This document shows, in pieces, positions 38,301-47,754 of a stretch of 64,000 nt of DNA. The notes under the pieces were generated by a model that was given only the letters and a program-made list of their open reading frames with translations, ran no database searches and was not told the DNA's origin. Made by a program: the position numbers and the translations under genes. Each line of letters starts with the position of its first letter. The stretch's first letter is position 1. Origin of the DNA: Planctomycetota bacterium (lineage in GTDB: Bacteria > Planctomycetota > UBA1135 > UBA2386); NCBI GenBank assembly GCA_965662465.1, contig CBFIIO010000011.1, forward strand, positions 23,090 to 87,089. Direction: 5' to 3'.

Positions 38301-39090
38301 TGGTTTGCGAAAGAGTCAAAACAAGAATGATTGGACTCGGCGGATGGCAGAATACTTCGATCATCACCTGCGTGGTGCGGAGGCTCCCGACTGGATGACA
38401 AAGGGTGTTGCCTACAAGGATAGGGACTCCGAAAAACTGCCGTTCGCGAAGAGCTATATCGAGGCCCACGTGAAGCCCTCGGCGAAGCTGTTAGCGATGG
38501 AGGCTGAAGAAGAGGCCAAGGCGAAGTCCCGTTCGGCAGAGCGGCAAAAAGCTCTTGCTGAGAAGGCCGCTATGGAACCCAGCAAGGTGAGCGAAGCTGT
38601 AGAATTGTCTTCGAAATCTGTCGAGCCCGACCCCGCGAACGGCAGGTTGCCTTCTGAGGGCAAGAAAGCTCCAGACTTCGCGCTGTTCGACGAGGCCGAT
38701 GTTGAGCACCAACTAGGTGATTACCGAGGTCAAAAATTGCTGGTCTGGTTCTATCCCAAGGCCGGGACCCCAGGATGTACTGCGCAAGGGTGTGGTTTAC
38801 GTGATGAGTATGCCCAGCTGCAGAAACAGGGCGTCGCGATCTTGGGAGTGTCCTTTGACAATGCGCGCGCGAACACGGCGTTCCGTGACAAGAACCGTTT
38901 GCCATTCCCTCTGTTATGTGACACCGGGCGAAAGATGGCCGTCGCATACGGGGCTGCTGCCGATGAAAAGGCTTCTTACGCCAGCCGTGTCGCGGTGCTT
39001 ATCGGCGAGCAAGGAAGAGTCCTTAAGTCGTGGGAGAGCGTCAATCCGCGCAGTTTCGCGAGTGAAGTAATTGGCATGTTGACGCAATGA
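35365..39090 (+). CDS. Exported S9 (prolyl oligopeptidase family) peptidase fused to a C-terminal BCP/PrxQ peroxiredoxin domain
   Basis: Signal peptide; propeller repeats; GHSWGG, HNDKDGAVP, EPHGL; then APDFAL..WFYPKAGTPGCTAQGC..FPLLCD. Confidence 0.9.
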   Translation: MNYRACVLLSLLLVAPALMAQGASTSLYGRALSHEDYDSWNSLKNVAYSNDGKWVAYQVDPAFGDGELVIRQTEGDVVHRHALASSARFSADGRYVGFTVGKSSIEAREKQIAELRKKGKAQQSGGAAAPTGRGGRGGAFAGRRPTGAAAPSPVTATARRRGASRGGRFGRGGRGGGSSDSGGSGDLFLLDLQSGNVESIGKVSRWTMSSDITMLLYQLSSDGDDGGEEGSGGADAGARGGRRGGGRRGRQAGGRGAPTGADGSADSGRSRRIPSGSELLIRNLATGKKREITDVVSYGLVQKSTALWFHRSAQKSDNDQEYGVFVQAPDGEDSRQLLDGLANVSSVTVSRDGQHFAFLSDKVEFGDDKPNKDLYLWSRQRDLSAGGDGMAKRIAYIGAVGMPPSMRVDGQPSFSRDGNALSFTVSSPTPPPELPILDEDKVELDLWSYRDGLLQTMQAVRRGRGGSAKTAVYWADTGKLLVVGDERIPSLRFIGMDGARMLGSDSVPYEKEVQWDTRYSDQWLVDAHNGERTRVIAKLRGRVSSSPGGRYLTWFDEKYHWICMDVATGERRNLTGSLKVPFHKYDDDHPAPAAAYGLAGWTEDDGAVLLYDEFDLWRIAPESGRAVCVTDGFGREHRLQFRLQQMPSEDDSPWIGEELLLSARNMETMAMGFYADAVQRSQMPAKLWMVNKSIRGLTSPKKSARLFFNLSTFREYGDLWTAKADFSAPKKLTDVNPQQEQFRWGDSEIVKWTDGNGESRSGVLIKPDGFDPNKQYPMMVYFYEKMTQNLHRYVAPASGTSPNASYYVSNGYLWFMPDVVYEVGYPGPSCVKCVVSGVQHLISQGFVDKDAIGAAGHSWGGYQTAFLVTRTNIFKAVESGAPVSNMLSAYGGIRYDSGMSRQFQYEQTQSRIGGTPWQYPLRYTENSPIHFADKVQTPVLILHNDKDGAVPWTQGIEYFVALKRLGKEAYFFNYNGEPHGLRKSQNKNDWTRRMAEYFDHHLRGAEAPDWMTKGVAYKDRDSEKLPFAKSYIEAHVKPSAKLLAMEAEEEAKAKSRSAERQKALAEKAAMEPSKVSEAVELSSKSVEPDPANGRLPSEGKKAPDFALFDEADVEHQLGDYRGQKLLVWFYPKAGTPGCTAQGCGLRDEYAQLQKQGVAILGVSFDNARANTAFRDKNRLPFPLLCDTGRKMAVAYGAAADEKASYASRVAVLIGEQGRVLKSWESVNPRSFASEVIGMLTQ

Positions 39091-39155
39091 CAGCGCTGAT
39101 TGGCAGCGTTACCCTTTCGCTCGTGTCGCTTTGAGCTACCCTTCGCTAGCAGAAG

Positions 39156-40871
39156 ATGCCGCGCCGCTACGTGTTCTGGATTGTTGCCGCTCTGGCGGTT
39201 GTTGCCGCCACTGTTCAGGCATGGGTGCTTAGGTGGACGTGTGATGATGCATTCATCTCATTCCGATACGCCCAGCACTTTGTCGATGGGCATGGCCTAG
39301 TGTTCAATCTCGACCCGGGCGAAGCACCGGTTGAGGGCTACACGAATTTCAGCTGGACGATGTGGCTTGCGCTTGGCGCCATGTTCGGCTTCGGACACGA
39401 GGGGCTGACGACTTGGTCGATTTTCTGGGGTGTTGCCTGCCACGCTGGCACTGTGCTGTTGCTGGCTTTGATGGCATGGCGCGCAAGCAATGGCCGCGCA
39501 GTTGTGCCGATTGCGGCGTGTGCCTATGCGGCTTTGCACCACGCTGCATCGTTAGCTCCCGCTGGTCTTGAGACCGCGTTATTTGTCTTGCTCGCTACTT
39601 CGATGCTGCGCTTGGCAATGTCTTTGCGTTGCGCTCGCGATGCTTGGTTGATGGGCTTTATCGGCGTTGTCTGCGCAATGACCCGTCCTGACGGGGCGCT
39701 GTTCGTCGGCATGGGTGGGCTATTTGTCCTCTATGACGCTGCTCGGCGCCGGGCACCCAGGCTCCTCGTTAGTTACGTCGGCCCCTTTTTGCTGGTCTTT
39801 GTGCCGTATCTTCTATGGCGCTACAGCTATTACGGCTACTGGGTGCCGAACACGGCATTTGCCAAGTCTGCAAGTGAGCCATTTGTAGTCCAGGGTTGGG
39901 CGTATGTGAGTGGCTTCTTTAGCTGTTACTACGCCCTGATCCCTGCCGTCATTCCGCTTGTTTGGTTCGCGTTGCGTAAGCCTGATTTGCTGGCTCCGGT
40001 CGATCCAATGCTCGGTAGGCGCCCTTGGCTGGCAATCTTCGCATTTACAGTTCCCTATTTGGGCTTTGTAACTTGGGTTGGCGGTGACTTCATGTTCGGC
40101 CGCTTTTTGCTGCCGGTGTTGCCAGCGTTGCTGTTTGCGTGGGACCTTGCGTGCCATCGCTGGCGACCTGTTTGGTTGCAGCCAACGCTTGCTGGCGCGC
40201 TAGTAGTCGGTCTTTGCTTGCGTGCTGAGCCAAAAGACCTGGCGAACTTCCTGAACCCGGTATCTGACACACGGCATATGGCTGTGAAGCCGTTCGATGC
40301 GAAGAATAATTGGGAGCAGGCTTTCAAGATTTGCGGCAACTATCTCTACGGATTGTGTGAAGGCCTGGATGTTCGGATTGCGATTGCGGGCAGCCATGCC
40401 AGCCTTGCGTATCGGTCCCGAGTCCCAGTTGCCGTTGAGGTTGCTGGTGGCCTGACTGATGCATACATCGCGCGATTGCCGACCAAGAATCGTCGCAAGC
40501 CAGGGCATGGCAAGCCGCGCGATCCGGAGTATCTCGAAAAGCGCGGGGTGCACATTCACCTAGAGCCAAACTACCTAATAGAGGATCAGTGGCGCAAACT
40601 GACCTTCATTTGCGGCGACGAGCCTGGCGGATACGTGCCGTTACCATGCCAGCTAGTTACTTGGGATCGAGAGTTGATGGGCGAACTGCTAAGCCGTGAT
40701 GGCAGCATCCAGGTCGTCGACTTCGAGGTGTTTCTCGACACCTACATTGCTGCGCTACCGGGCAAGAAGAAGTCCGAGGTGCAGGCAGACCTTTCGAAGT
40801 TCCGTCGTTATTACTTCGACCACAATGACGATGCTGACCGCCTCGGGGCATTAGAAGCGTTCTTGAAGTGA
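39156..40871 (+). CDS. GT-C-fold membrane glycosyltransferase (arabinofuranosyltransferase-like)
   Basis: DDAFISFRYA, VEGYTNF, GLET, TRPDG, PNTAFAK, GGDFM..RFLLP. Confidence 0.8.
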   Translation: MPRRYVFWIVAALAVVAATVQAWVLRWTCDDAFISFRYAQHFVDGHGLVFNLDPGEAPVEGYTNFSWTMWLALGAMFGFGHEGLTTWSIFWGVACHAGTVLLLALMAWRASNGRAVVPIAACAYAALHHAASLAPAGLETALFVLLATSMLRLAMSLRCARDAWLMGFIGVVCAMTRPDGALFVGMGGLFVLYDAARRRAPRLLVSYVGPFLLVFVPYLLWRYSYYGYWVPNTAFAKSASEPFVVQGWAYVSGFFSCYYALIPAVIPLVWFALRKPDLLAPVDPMLGRRPWLAIFAFTVPYLGFVTWVGGDFMFGRFLLPVLPALLFAWDLACHRWRPVWLQPTLAGALVVGLCLRAEPKDLANFLNPVSDTRHMAVKPFDAKNNWEQAFKICGNYLYGLCEGLDVRIAIAGSHASLAYRSRVPVAVEVAGGLTDAYIARLPTKNRRKPGHGKPRDPEYLEKRGVHIHLEPNYLIEDQWRKLTFICGDEPGGYVPLPCQLVTWDRELMGELLSRDGSIQVVDFEVFLDTYIAALPGKKKSEVQADLSKFRRYYFDHNDDADRLGALEAFLK

Positions 40872-41419
40872 GGGGCTGTTCCTTGCTGGATTGTCAGTTG
40901 GAGCGTCTATCCGGTTGTCGACTTCGCTAGCCTGGCGGCGGGCGTTCGGGTGCGCCTGTCGCCGTCAAAGTGGGTATGGGGGCGCACCCTGCCCGAAAAG
41001 AGTCGAGTTCTGACCGCTCCGTGGCGATTTTTGAGATTTCCGACGGGATGGTCGTGAGTCGCCATCGTGCGCAGATTGCCGAGCTACTTTGCGGCGCTTG
41101 GCCATGGGCTCTGAGTGACGGCCTTGGCGAGCACTTGCTGGCCGCATTACCCGATTCCTTTGGCTGGGTTTGGATGCTTACTTGCCGACCGTGTCGATTG
41201 GTGGCCGTTGGTCAGGGTGCTTGCCGGGCTAGGAAGCTGTGGCAGCGTCTCGCGCTTATTGGATGGGATCTCGCTAGTGTGCTTGGAGGCCGTGCCAGCG
41301 GGCCTTTGCGTCTGGTTCATGGCGGCAACTGCACCTAAACAAGCTGGCCGTTTTGATGACGCTCCGTGGGCTTGTCGTAAGATCATTTTTAGCATGTGGT
41401 TACGTGATGGGGGTCGGGT

Positions 41420-41447
41420 TGGCTTCGCAGTGGCTTCGCAGTGGCTT
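41420..41447. repeat. 11-bp tandem repeat x2.5
   Basis: tggcttcgcag tggcttcgcag tggctt. Confidence 0.8.
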
Positions 41448-41480
41448 TCGGGCTGCTGGATATTGTCCTTAGGGTCTTGA

Positions 41481-41525
41481 TAGCAAGTGTTTAGACCGTT
41501 TATGGGGGCGGGCTTGGTGCTTGCC
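41481..41525 (+). promoter_or_regulatory. Possible IHF site plus weak sigma-54 -24/-12 element
   Basis: TAGCAAGTGTTTA (one mismatch to WATCAANNNNTTR) at 41481-41493; GG(41511)-N10-GC with TTGC at 41521-41524. Confidence 0.3.
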
Positions 41526-41981
41526 GGCGACTTAGATATGGCTGTCTAGGTCAGTGCATAAGGCGCTTGGGCGTGCGTGCTCTGGGTCGGCGAGTTGCCG
41601 CAAGGACTCGATCACATACCTGCCATCCTTGCTCGGACCGTGGGGCGAAGGCTGAACCTGTGCGGTTGCGACTTCCGAGGCCGCAGTCGTTGTCCGGTAT
41701 CTGTCAGCCATCGGGAAAGCTGCTAGCAGATCAATTTTTGCTGGCGGGAAGGCTGCTTCAGGACACGGAATACGGCTGTCACAGGGTGATTAGTCGTTCA
41801 CTAACGCCTTGCTGACCTGCTGGCCCGTTGACCAATTTGCGCTTGTCGCTACCCTTCTTCCCCTGATTCTCGGCGCTGGTGCTGAGATGTCCTAGGCTTC
41901 TGTGGTGTTGTTGGGTCAATCAAAGCCCCGCCGCGTTTGCCTGATTGTTTGCTTCAGATTTCCACTACCTCCAAGCCTGCC

Positions 41982-44075
41982 ATGACCGACACGAAGGAGT
42001 CCCCCGAAGTTACGCGGATTCGTCACACCCGCAACTTTGGTGTCATCGCCCACATTGACGCTGGCAAGACGACCTTCAGCGAGCGCGTCCTGTTCATTAC
42101 CGGTAAGAACCACAAGATCGGGGAAGTCCACGATGGTGGCGCCACGATGGACTACATGCAGGAAGAGAAAGATCGTGGCATCACGATTACCTCCGCTGCG
42201 ACGTCTTGCGATTGGGGCAAATACAAGATGAGCCTCATCGACACGCCCGGACACGTGGACTTCACGGTTGAAGTGGAGCGGTCCTTGCGCGTGCTTGACG
42301 GAGCTGTCGGCGTGTTCTGCGCAGTTGCTGGTGTGCAGCCTCAGTCGGAAACGGTTTGGCGCCAGGGCAACCGCTACAAGGTCCCACGCATTGCGTTCGT
42401 CAACAAGATGGACCGTACCGGCGCGGACTTCTACAAGGCCGTCGAGTCGATGCGCGCGCGTCTGAATGCCAACGCCGTCCCGGTTGTCATGCCGATCGGT
42501 AAAGAGAAGGATTTCCTTGGCGTTGTCGACCTCGTTGAGATGCGCGCGCATATCTGGGCTGACAACGATGCCCGTGAAATGACGGTCAGTGACATTCCGG
42601 CAGACTTGTTGGAAGAAGCTCAAAAGCAGCGTGAGATCATGGTCGAGGCGATGGCCGAGTGTCATGACGACGTGCTTGAGAAGTTCCTCGAAGGCAAGGA
42701 GATCTCGAAGGAAGAGATCAAGATGGCGATTCGTAAGGGAACGCTCGATCTAAAGGTTACCCCCGCTTTCTGTGGCTCTGCCTTCAAGGATAAGGGCGTG
42801 CAGAACGTGCTCGACGCAATTGTCGACTACCTTCCAAGTCCACTGGATGTCCCTGCCATCGAAGGCGTTGATCCAGAAAACGACGAGAAGGTTTCGTTTG
42901 CTCTGCGTTCGGACCAGCCTTTTGCATCGCTTGTCTTCAAGACGATCAGCGATCCGAACGGCGACTTGACGTTCATCCGCATCTACTCGGGCGAGATGAA
43001 GCAAGGCGAGAAATACTACAATGGCCGGAGCCGCCGCTTTGAGCGAGTTGGCCGCTTGATGCGTATGCACGCTATGCAGCGCGAACCGGTTAATGTTGCT
43101 AAGGCTGGCGACATCGTGGCTGTGGTTGGTATCAAGGATGCCATCACTGGCGACACGCTTTCGACTCGCGATAATCCGGTTGTCTTCGAAGCGATGAACT
43201 TCCCGGATACTGTGATCAGCATGGCGATTGAGCCTAAGTCAGCTGGCGACCGCGATAAGCTGTCGAGCATCATCGGCAAGATGGTGCGGGAAGACCCGAC
43301 CTTCAAGGCGGTCACTGATGAGCAAACTGGCCAAATGGTCATTTCCGGTATGGGTGAGCTGCACCTCGAAGTGAAGTGCAACCAGATCCAGAATGACCAC
43401 AAGATCGGTGTCACGGTTGGCCGTCCTAAGGTTGCTTACAAGATGACGCTGAAGGGGCCAAAGCAGGTCGAAGCGCGTCACATCAAGCAGTCCGGTGGTT
43501 CGGGTCAGTTCGCTGTTGCCCGAGTTAAGTTCAGTGTCGACCCTGAGGTTGAGCACTGCGAGTTCGTCGATGCGATTAAGGGTGGTTCTGTTCCACGTGA
43601 ATACATCCCGGCCGTTGGCAACGGCATTACGACTGCCGTGAAGAGTGGTGGCCGTATGGGCTTCCCGTTCTGCAAGGTTGTTGCCGAGCTTTACGATGGT
43701 CAGTCGCACGATGTTGACTCGAGCGTCATGGCGTTCGAGGCTGCTGGTGTGCAAGCATTCCGCATGGCGTGCGAGGGCAACTCTCAGTTGCTTGAGCCGA
43801 TCATGAAGATTGAGATCGAAGCTCCAGAAGAAAAGACCGGCGACGTCATCGGTGACCTGTCGAGTCGTCGTGGCCTTGTCGAAGAGATGATCACTAAGCC
43901 TGGTGGGATTTCCTCCGTCACTGGCAAGGTGCCATTGAGCGAGATGTTCCAATACTCAACGATGTTGCGTTCCCTGACGCAGGGTCGTGGCACGTATGCC
44001 ATGGAGCCTGCGACCTACGATCCGGTGCCGCCAAACATCGCTGAGAAGGTCCTTGAGGAGCTTAACAACGACTAG
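41982..44075 (+). CDS. fusA: Elongation factor G, outside the str operon
   Basis: [48 protein letters not shown]. Confidence 0.95.
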   Translation: MTDTKESPEVTRIRHTRNFGVIAHIDAGKTTFSERVLFITGKNHKIGEVHDGGATMDYMQEEKDRGITITSAATSCDWGKYKMSLIDTPGHVDFTVEVERSLRVLDGAVGVFCAVAGVQPQSETVWRQGNRYKVPRIAFVNKMDRTGADFYKAVESMRARLNANAVPVVMPIGKEKDFLGVVDLVEMRAHIWADNDAREMTVSDIPADLLEEAQKQREIMVEAMAECHDDVLEKFLEGKEISKEEIKMAIRKGTLDLKVTPAFCGSAFKDKGVQNVLDAIVDYLPSPLDVPAIEGVDPENDEKVSFALRSDQPFASLVFKTISDPNGDLTFIRIYSGEMKQGEKYYNGRSRRFERVGRLMRMHAMQREPVNVAKAGDIVAVVGIKDAITGDTLSTRDNPVVFEAMNFPDTVISMAIEPKSAGDRDKLSSIIGKMVREDPTFKAVTDEQTGQMVISGMGELHLEVKCNQIQNDHKIGVTVGRPKVAYKMTLKGPKQVEARHIKQSGGSGQFAVARVKFSVDPEVEHCEFVDAIKGGSVPREYIPAVGNGITTAVKSGGRMGFPFCKVVAELYDGQSHDVDSSVMAFEAAGVQAFRMACEGNSQLLEPIMKIEIEAPEEKTGDVIGDLSSRRGLVEEMITKPGGISSVTGKVPLSEMFQYSTMLRSLTQGRGTYAMEPATYDPVPPNIAEKVLEELNND

Positions 44076-44082
44076 GCCCTTT

Positions 44083-44110
44083 ACCCGGGTCGCAAAGATC
44101 CGGGTGTTTC
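44083..44110 (+). terminator. Hairpin after fusA, possible intrinsic terminator
   Basis: ACCCGGGTC-GCAAA-GATCCGGGT followed by GTTTC; short U tract. Confidence 0.45.
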
Positions 44111-44290
44111 GCCGCTAGATCGAAAAGCGGGCCCTTCGGGGTCTGCGGTCAGCGGCCGATCGTGGTTGGGCGAGATCGCCGCACCAGGCTTTGGCCTTTG
44201 GTCGCATTGCAGCCACGTTTGCTGGCTGCGGTCTAGCTGATCCGAACGACAGGTATGGCCTATCGGCTTCGTTTGCGCCGCTTCTTGGCG

Positions 44291-44617
44291 CTATCGCAGC
44301 AGTTTGATGCCTTCGTGCGCGAGGGCCAAAAGCACGCAAGGTTCGTCGTCTGGTCCGCCTTTAGCGCGCGGACTGTGCTCCGAGTTGGCTTCATATTCCA
44401 CGTGCTGGCCGGTTGCGTAGCTGCCTAGCTCATCTTCGTAGCTGCCTGTCAGCACTAGCACTTCTTCTTTGCTGCGGTGCTTGTGGCTCGGGTAGCCACA
44501 CCCGGGTTCCATCTGGATCAAGGCAAGCACCCGCTTGGTTCTCTGATCACTGGTGTAAAAGTGCACGGAGATACCGGGATAGCGTGTCGACTGCCACGGG
44601 ATCATGTCGAACTTCAT
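44291..44617 (-). CDS. ChrR-like cupin domain protein
   Basis: W....PGI, PG..YPSHKH...EEVLVLTG.YED, SEHSP. Confidence 0.85.
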   Translation of the reverse strand: MKFDMIPWQSTRYPGISVHFYTSDQRTKRVLALIQMEPGCGYPSHKHRSKEEVLVLTGSYEDELGSYATGQHVEYEANSEHSPRAKGGPDDEPCVLLALAHEGIKLLR

Positions 44618-44647
44618 GGAGGTAACAGGCTATCCTTATGGGCACCG

Positions 44648-45148
44648 ATGCCCAACTGCCAAGAGAGCTGGTCGATCTCAATCGAGAAGGACTATCTGAA
44701 GTTTAGCGCTGCCCATTTCTTGATCTTTCCCGACGGGACTGCCGAGAGATTGCATGGTCACAACTACAAGGTCTTTGTCGATCTGCACACAGAGCTAGAT
44801 CAGCACGGCCTTGTGGTGAACTTTCAGGAGATCAAGCCAATGGTTCGCAAACTGTGTGATGAGCTTGATGAGCACCTGTTGATCCCGGGCGAGCACCCCG
44901 TTTTGACCGCTCAGGTGAACGGGCCACACTACGACATTCGCTATCTAGACCGTCAATATCTAGTCCCAAAGGAAGAGGTCATTGTGCTGCCAATTAGCAA
45001 TACAAGCGCTGAGAACCTGGCTGCGTGGTTTGGCCGTGTCTTGCGCTCGCGGATGTCGAGTGCTTGGCCGCAGCTGAGCGTCAAATGCCTGACTGTGGGA
45101 GTTGAAGAAACACCGGGTCAGCGAGGCAATTGGACTGTGCGAGACTAA
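44648..45148 (+). CDS. 6-pyruvoyl-tetrahydropterin synthase family protein (COG0720) with PTPS-III-type ExxHGH motif
   Basis: FSAAHF, AERLHGHNY, SAENLA, VEETPG. Confidence 0.88.
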   Translation: MPNCQESWSISIEKDYLKFSAAHFLIFPDGTAERLHGHNYKVFVDLHTELDQHGLVVNFQEIKPMVRKLCDELDEHLLIPGEHPVLTAQVNGPHYDIRYLDRQYLVPKEEVIVLPISNTSAENLAAWFGRVLRSRMSSAWPQLSVKCLTVGVEETPGQRGNWTVRD

Positions 45149-45188
45149 TTAGCGTCCGCGGGCGATCTTCGCAGCCGGTGATGTTCGC

Positions 45189-45479
45189 CTAGTTGTTGGC
45201 GTAGCCTTGGAGCCATCGAGCGGGCCCCTCGGCACAGTTGCGCACCGTGTGGCGGGTTCCCGCGGCGATCAAAAGTTCGTCGCCAGGCTGCATCCGCACG
45301 GTGCGGTCTTGGAACTCAATTTGGCAGATGCCCTGCAAGAGGAAGATGAGTTCATCAACGTCGTGCTCGAAGTCTCGCCATACCTGACTTGGTGGGTCGA
45401 CGGATAATTCGCAGGAGAAGCCGCGATTTGCCCAATCTGCTTGGACTGCTTTGTGGTGATTTTTAGTGGACCGCAACAT
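45189..45479 (-). CDS. Small cupin domain protein
   Basis: W..RGFSC....DPP.QVW.DF.H..DEL; PGDELLI.AG.RHTVRN. Confidence 0.85.
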   Translation of the reverse strand: MLRSTKNHHKAVQADWANRGFSCELSVDPPSQVWRDFEHDVDELIFLLQGICQIEFQDRTVRMQPGDELLIAAGTRHTVRNCAEGPARWLQGYANN

Positions 45480-46293
45480 GACGCCTCCCAGACATCTGAA
45501 GTTCCGTGATCACTGTCGTTCCTCGTTTCCGTTGGAACGACAGGCGCATACTCTTACCCGAATGGTGGGTGATATGCGAGATGGCACGGCTTTGTTGTCG
45601 CAATGGCATTGGCAAAACAGCTTGCCTCAGGGGCTGGACATGATGTCTCGCGCAGCAGTTCTTAGGCTGCATTGCGGATTAGGCAACCTGATTGTGGTGC
45701 TGTGCGGCGCTGCCGCAGTGGTCGGCTTATTCGAGCCAAAAGCAGGAGCTGCGCTGGCTATCTGAGGTGTGAATCGTGACCTGCTTCGCGCACCTTTATG
45801 GCCGTATTCGGTGGTCCGGCCCGCGTCCTATCGCATTCGTAGGCGGCGTCGGTACAGGCGTCGAGGCTGGTTGGACCAGCCCCGACAAAGTTCACATATG
45901 CCTTCTGGGAAGGCGTTTATGGTAAGGGACTCGAATAGTTCCGCCCTTTGGAGTCCGCATAAGCGCGAGACGTGCTAGATAGTTCTCTGACTGACCAGCA
46001 GCACCAAGAGCTTTCGCTCAGGAACAGACCCCTCTGATTCGCGATGCCGTCTCGGCGTCCGAGATGCTCACGCAGGATCCAAAGGACGGGAAAGAGCCTC
46101 GATGGGAGGCATGATCCCAACTAGGCGCTGTTTCGACGCTTTGGGGGTATCTTTGGGTTCCGTTGAGCTTGTCAAAAATGGTCCGCCGGATCCTAATTGC
46201 GCAAACCCGCGGACTTTTATCGGGCCTAATACGTTCGAGCAGCAATCAGATCATGTGCTGCGAACAGCATCGAATTGTCCGCAGTTATCGCGT

Positions 46294-47634
46294 TTATGGC
46301 AATACCAGCGGGCTTTGGTCACCTGTCTTAGCTAGCGATTGGATGTGCTGATGTACTTGCATGGCACGATGCACGCACTGGTCACTGTTGTGGTATTCGT
46401 AGCGACCAAATCGCCCAAATGTTAGGTAGCCACTTTCGTCAAACCATTTGCGAACCCGGGCGACGCGGGCCGCGAAGGCAAGGTCCTGGTCGATGTAGGC
46501 AAACTCATTGTTGCAGGCCTCGAGTAGGACGATTTGCTCTTTACGCAGGATGCCGGCGTTTGCGAGCCCTGCGGCAACGCCATCGAGCCACTCTTTGTTA
46601 TCTGGGCTGTGTTGGCCGCGGTGGGTGACTTCGGCGAGGAAGCAGCCATGGCCTTTAGGCGCGTTGAACTTTGAGTAGTTGCTGTAGTAGGTGACGCGGT
46701 TGGTTGGGCCTTGTTCTTTGAAGGGCAGGTAGATCCAGCTTAGGTCGGGCAGGGGCTCATCAATCTTGACGCCGATCATTACGTTGATCAGAGAGATCGG
46801 CTTTAGCGCTTGGATGTCGGCGCGAATGTCGGCGGGGATCTCTTGAATTACGCCTTCGATCTGCGGCAATGGCACGGTGTTGACGACAAGGTCGTAGGCC
46901 TCGCCGTTGACCTTGAAGCCCCCGTCCGTCTGCTCTACTCGCTGAATCTCGACGTTGCACTGCAGGTCAAAGCCGCCGCCAGCGACCGTGCCTTTGACCA
47001 TTGCTTCGAAGCCGCCATGTAGCGGAAACCAGAAGGTCGATTGGTGGGTGTAGCCATCGGTATCGACGCCGATAGATGAGCGCAGGATGTCCTCAATCGG
47101 CGCTTCTGGGACGCGGCCAGCAACCCAGTCGCTTGCCATTGTCTTCAGTTCGCGTTCCCAGATCTTTTCATTGTAGGGAACCATGAAGTGCTTGGCGAAG
47201 CCGTCGCCCATGCGCCATTGGATCCAGTCACCAAAGTTCTCTGGGCAGGGTTTGCCCATGCGGCGATCGACGTAGGCCTCGACATACCCAGACATGCACT
47301 CGACGTTGGCCTCCTTGGTCAGGTGGCCAACACCGTTTTCGAACGGATAGGGGACCCATCGATCGTGCCATCGAATCTTGGTGTTGCGCTGGACCCGCTG
47401 GGTGCCAGCTTCGCCGTCACAGCGGTCTAGCTGCCACTGCAGAACTTCCTTGTTCTTTGAGAACAGAATATGTCCCCCTGCTTCGTCGAACGTGAACTCG
47501 CCATACTTGCGACTTTTGCACAAGCCGCCTGGGCGTTCCGTCTTTTCGAGCACGGTGACGCTGTGGCCATCACCGGCCAGCATGCGGGCCAGGGCACAGC
47601 CAGAGATTCCGCCTCCTAGGATAGCGATCTTCAC
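46294..47634 (-). CDS. FAD-dependent oxidoreductase (protoporphyrinogen oxidase / UDP-galactopyranose mutase-like)
   Basis: ILGGGISG, PGGLCKS, GGHILFS, PYNEKIW, GRFGRYEY.NSD. Confidence 0.85.
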   Translation of the reverse strand: MKIAILGGGISGCALARMLAGDGHSVTVLEKTERPGGLCKSRKYGEFTFDEAGGHILFSKNKEVLQWQLDRCDGEAGTQRVQRNTKIRWHDRWVPYPFENGVGHLTKEANVECMSGYVEAYVDRRMGKPCPENFGDWIQWRMGDGFAKHFMVPYNEKIWERELKTMASDWVAGRVPEAPIEDILRSSIGVDTDGYTHQSTFWFPLHGGFEAMVKGTVAGGGFDLQCNVEIQRVEQTDGGFKVNGEAYDLVVNTVPLPQIEGVIQEIPADIRADIQALKPISLINVMIGVKIDEPLPDLSWIYLPFKEQGPTNRVTYYSNYSKFNAPKGHGCFLAEVTHRGQHSPDNKEWLDGVAAGLANAGILRKEQIVLLEACNNEFAYIDQDLAFAARVARVRKWFDESGYLTFGRFGRYEYHNSDQCVHRAMQVHQHIQSLAKTGDQSPLVLP

Positions 47635-47754
47635 GACAGGGACTCCAATCTCGTGCAAGGCATTCGGGACACAATCCTACCGTCAGCCGGCACTTTGCGA
47701 CGAGCCGAAAGCGAGCGAGACTTCCAACCGTTCTTGCTTGATAGTGATGTCCCC

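Noticed and set aside
41916-43952. Long antisense ORFs opposite fusA (also opposite mdh, pccB and the S9 peptidase)
   Set aside because: Expected shadow frames of strongly codon-biased GC-rich genes; no independent motifs.
45582-45626. Sigma-54-like TGGCACG and TTGGCA...TTGC words
   Set aside because: Spacing is wrong: no GC ten bases after the first GG, and eleven bases in the second.
45965-46035. Glycine-riboswitch-like words (CACCAAGAGC...CTCAGGAACAGAC)
   Set aside because: Lacks the conserved GGAGA and CCGAAG elements, and no glycine-related gene lies downstream on that strand.
46195-46232. c-di-GMP-I riboswitch-like words (GCAAACC...GGGCCTAA)
   Set aside because: No GNRA-capped P2 stem and the spacing is too short; it would also point into the 3' end of a convergent gene.
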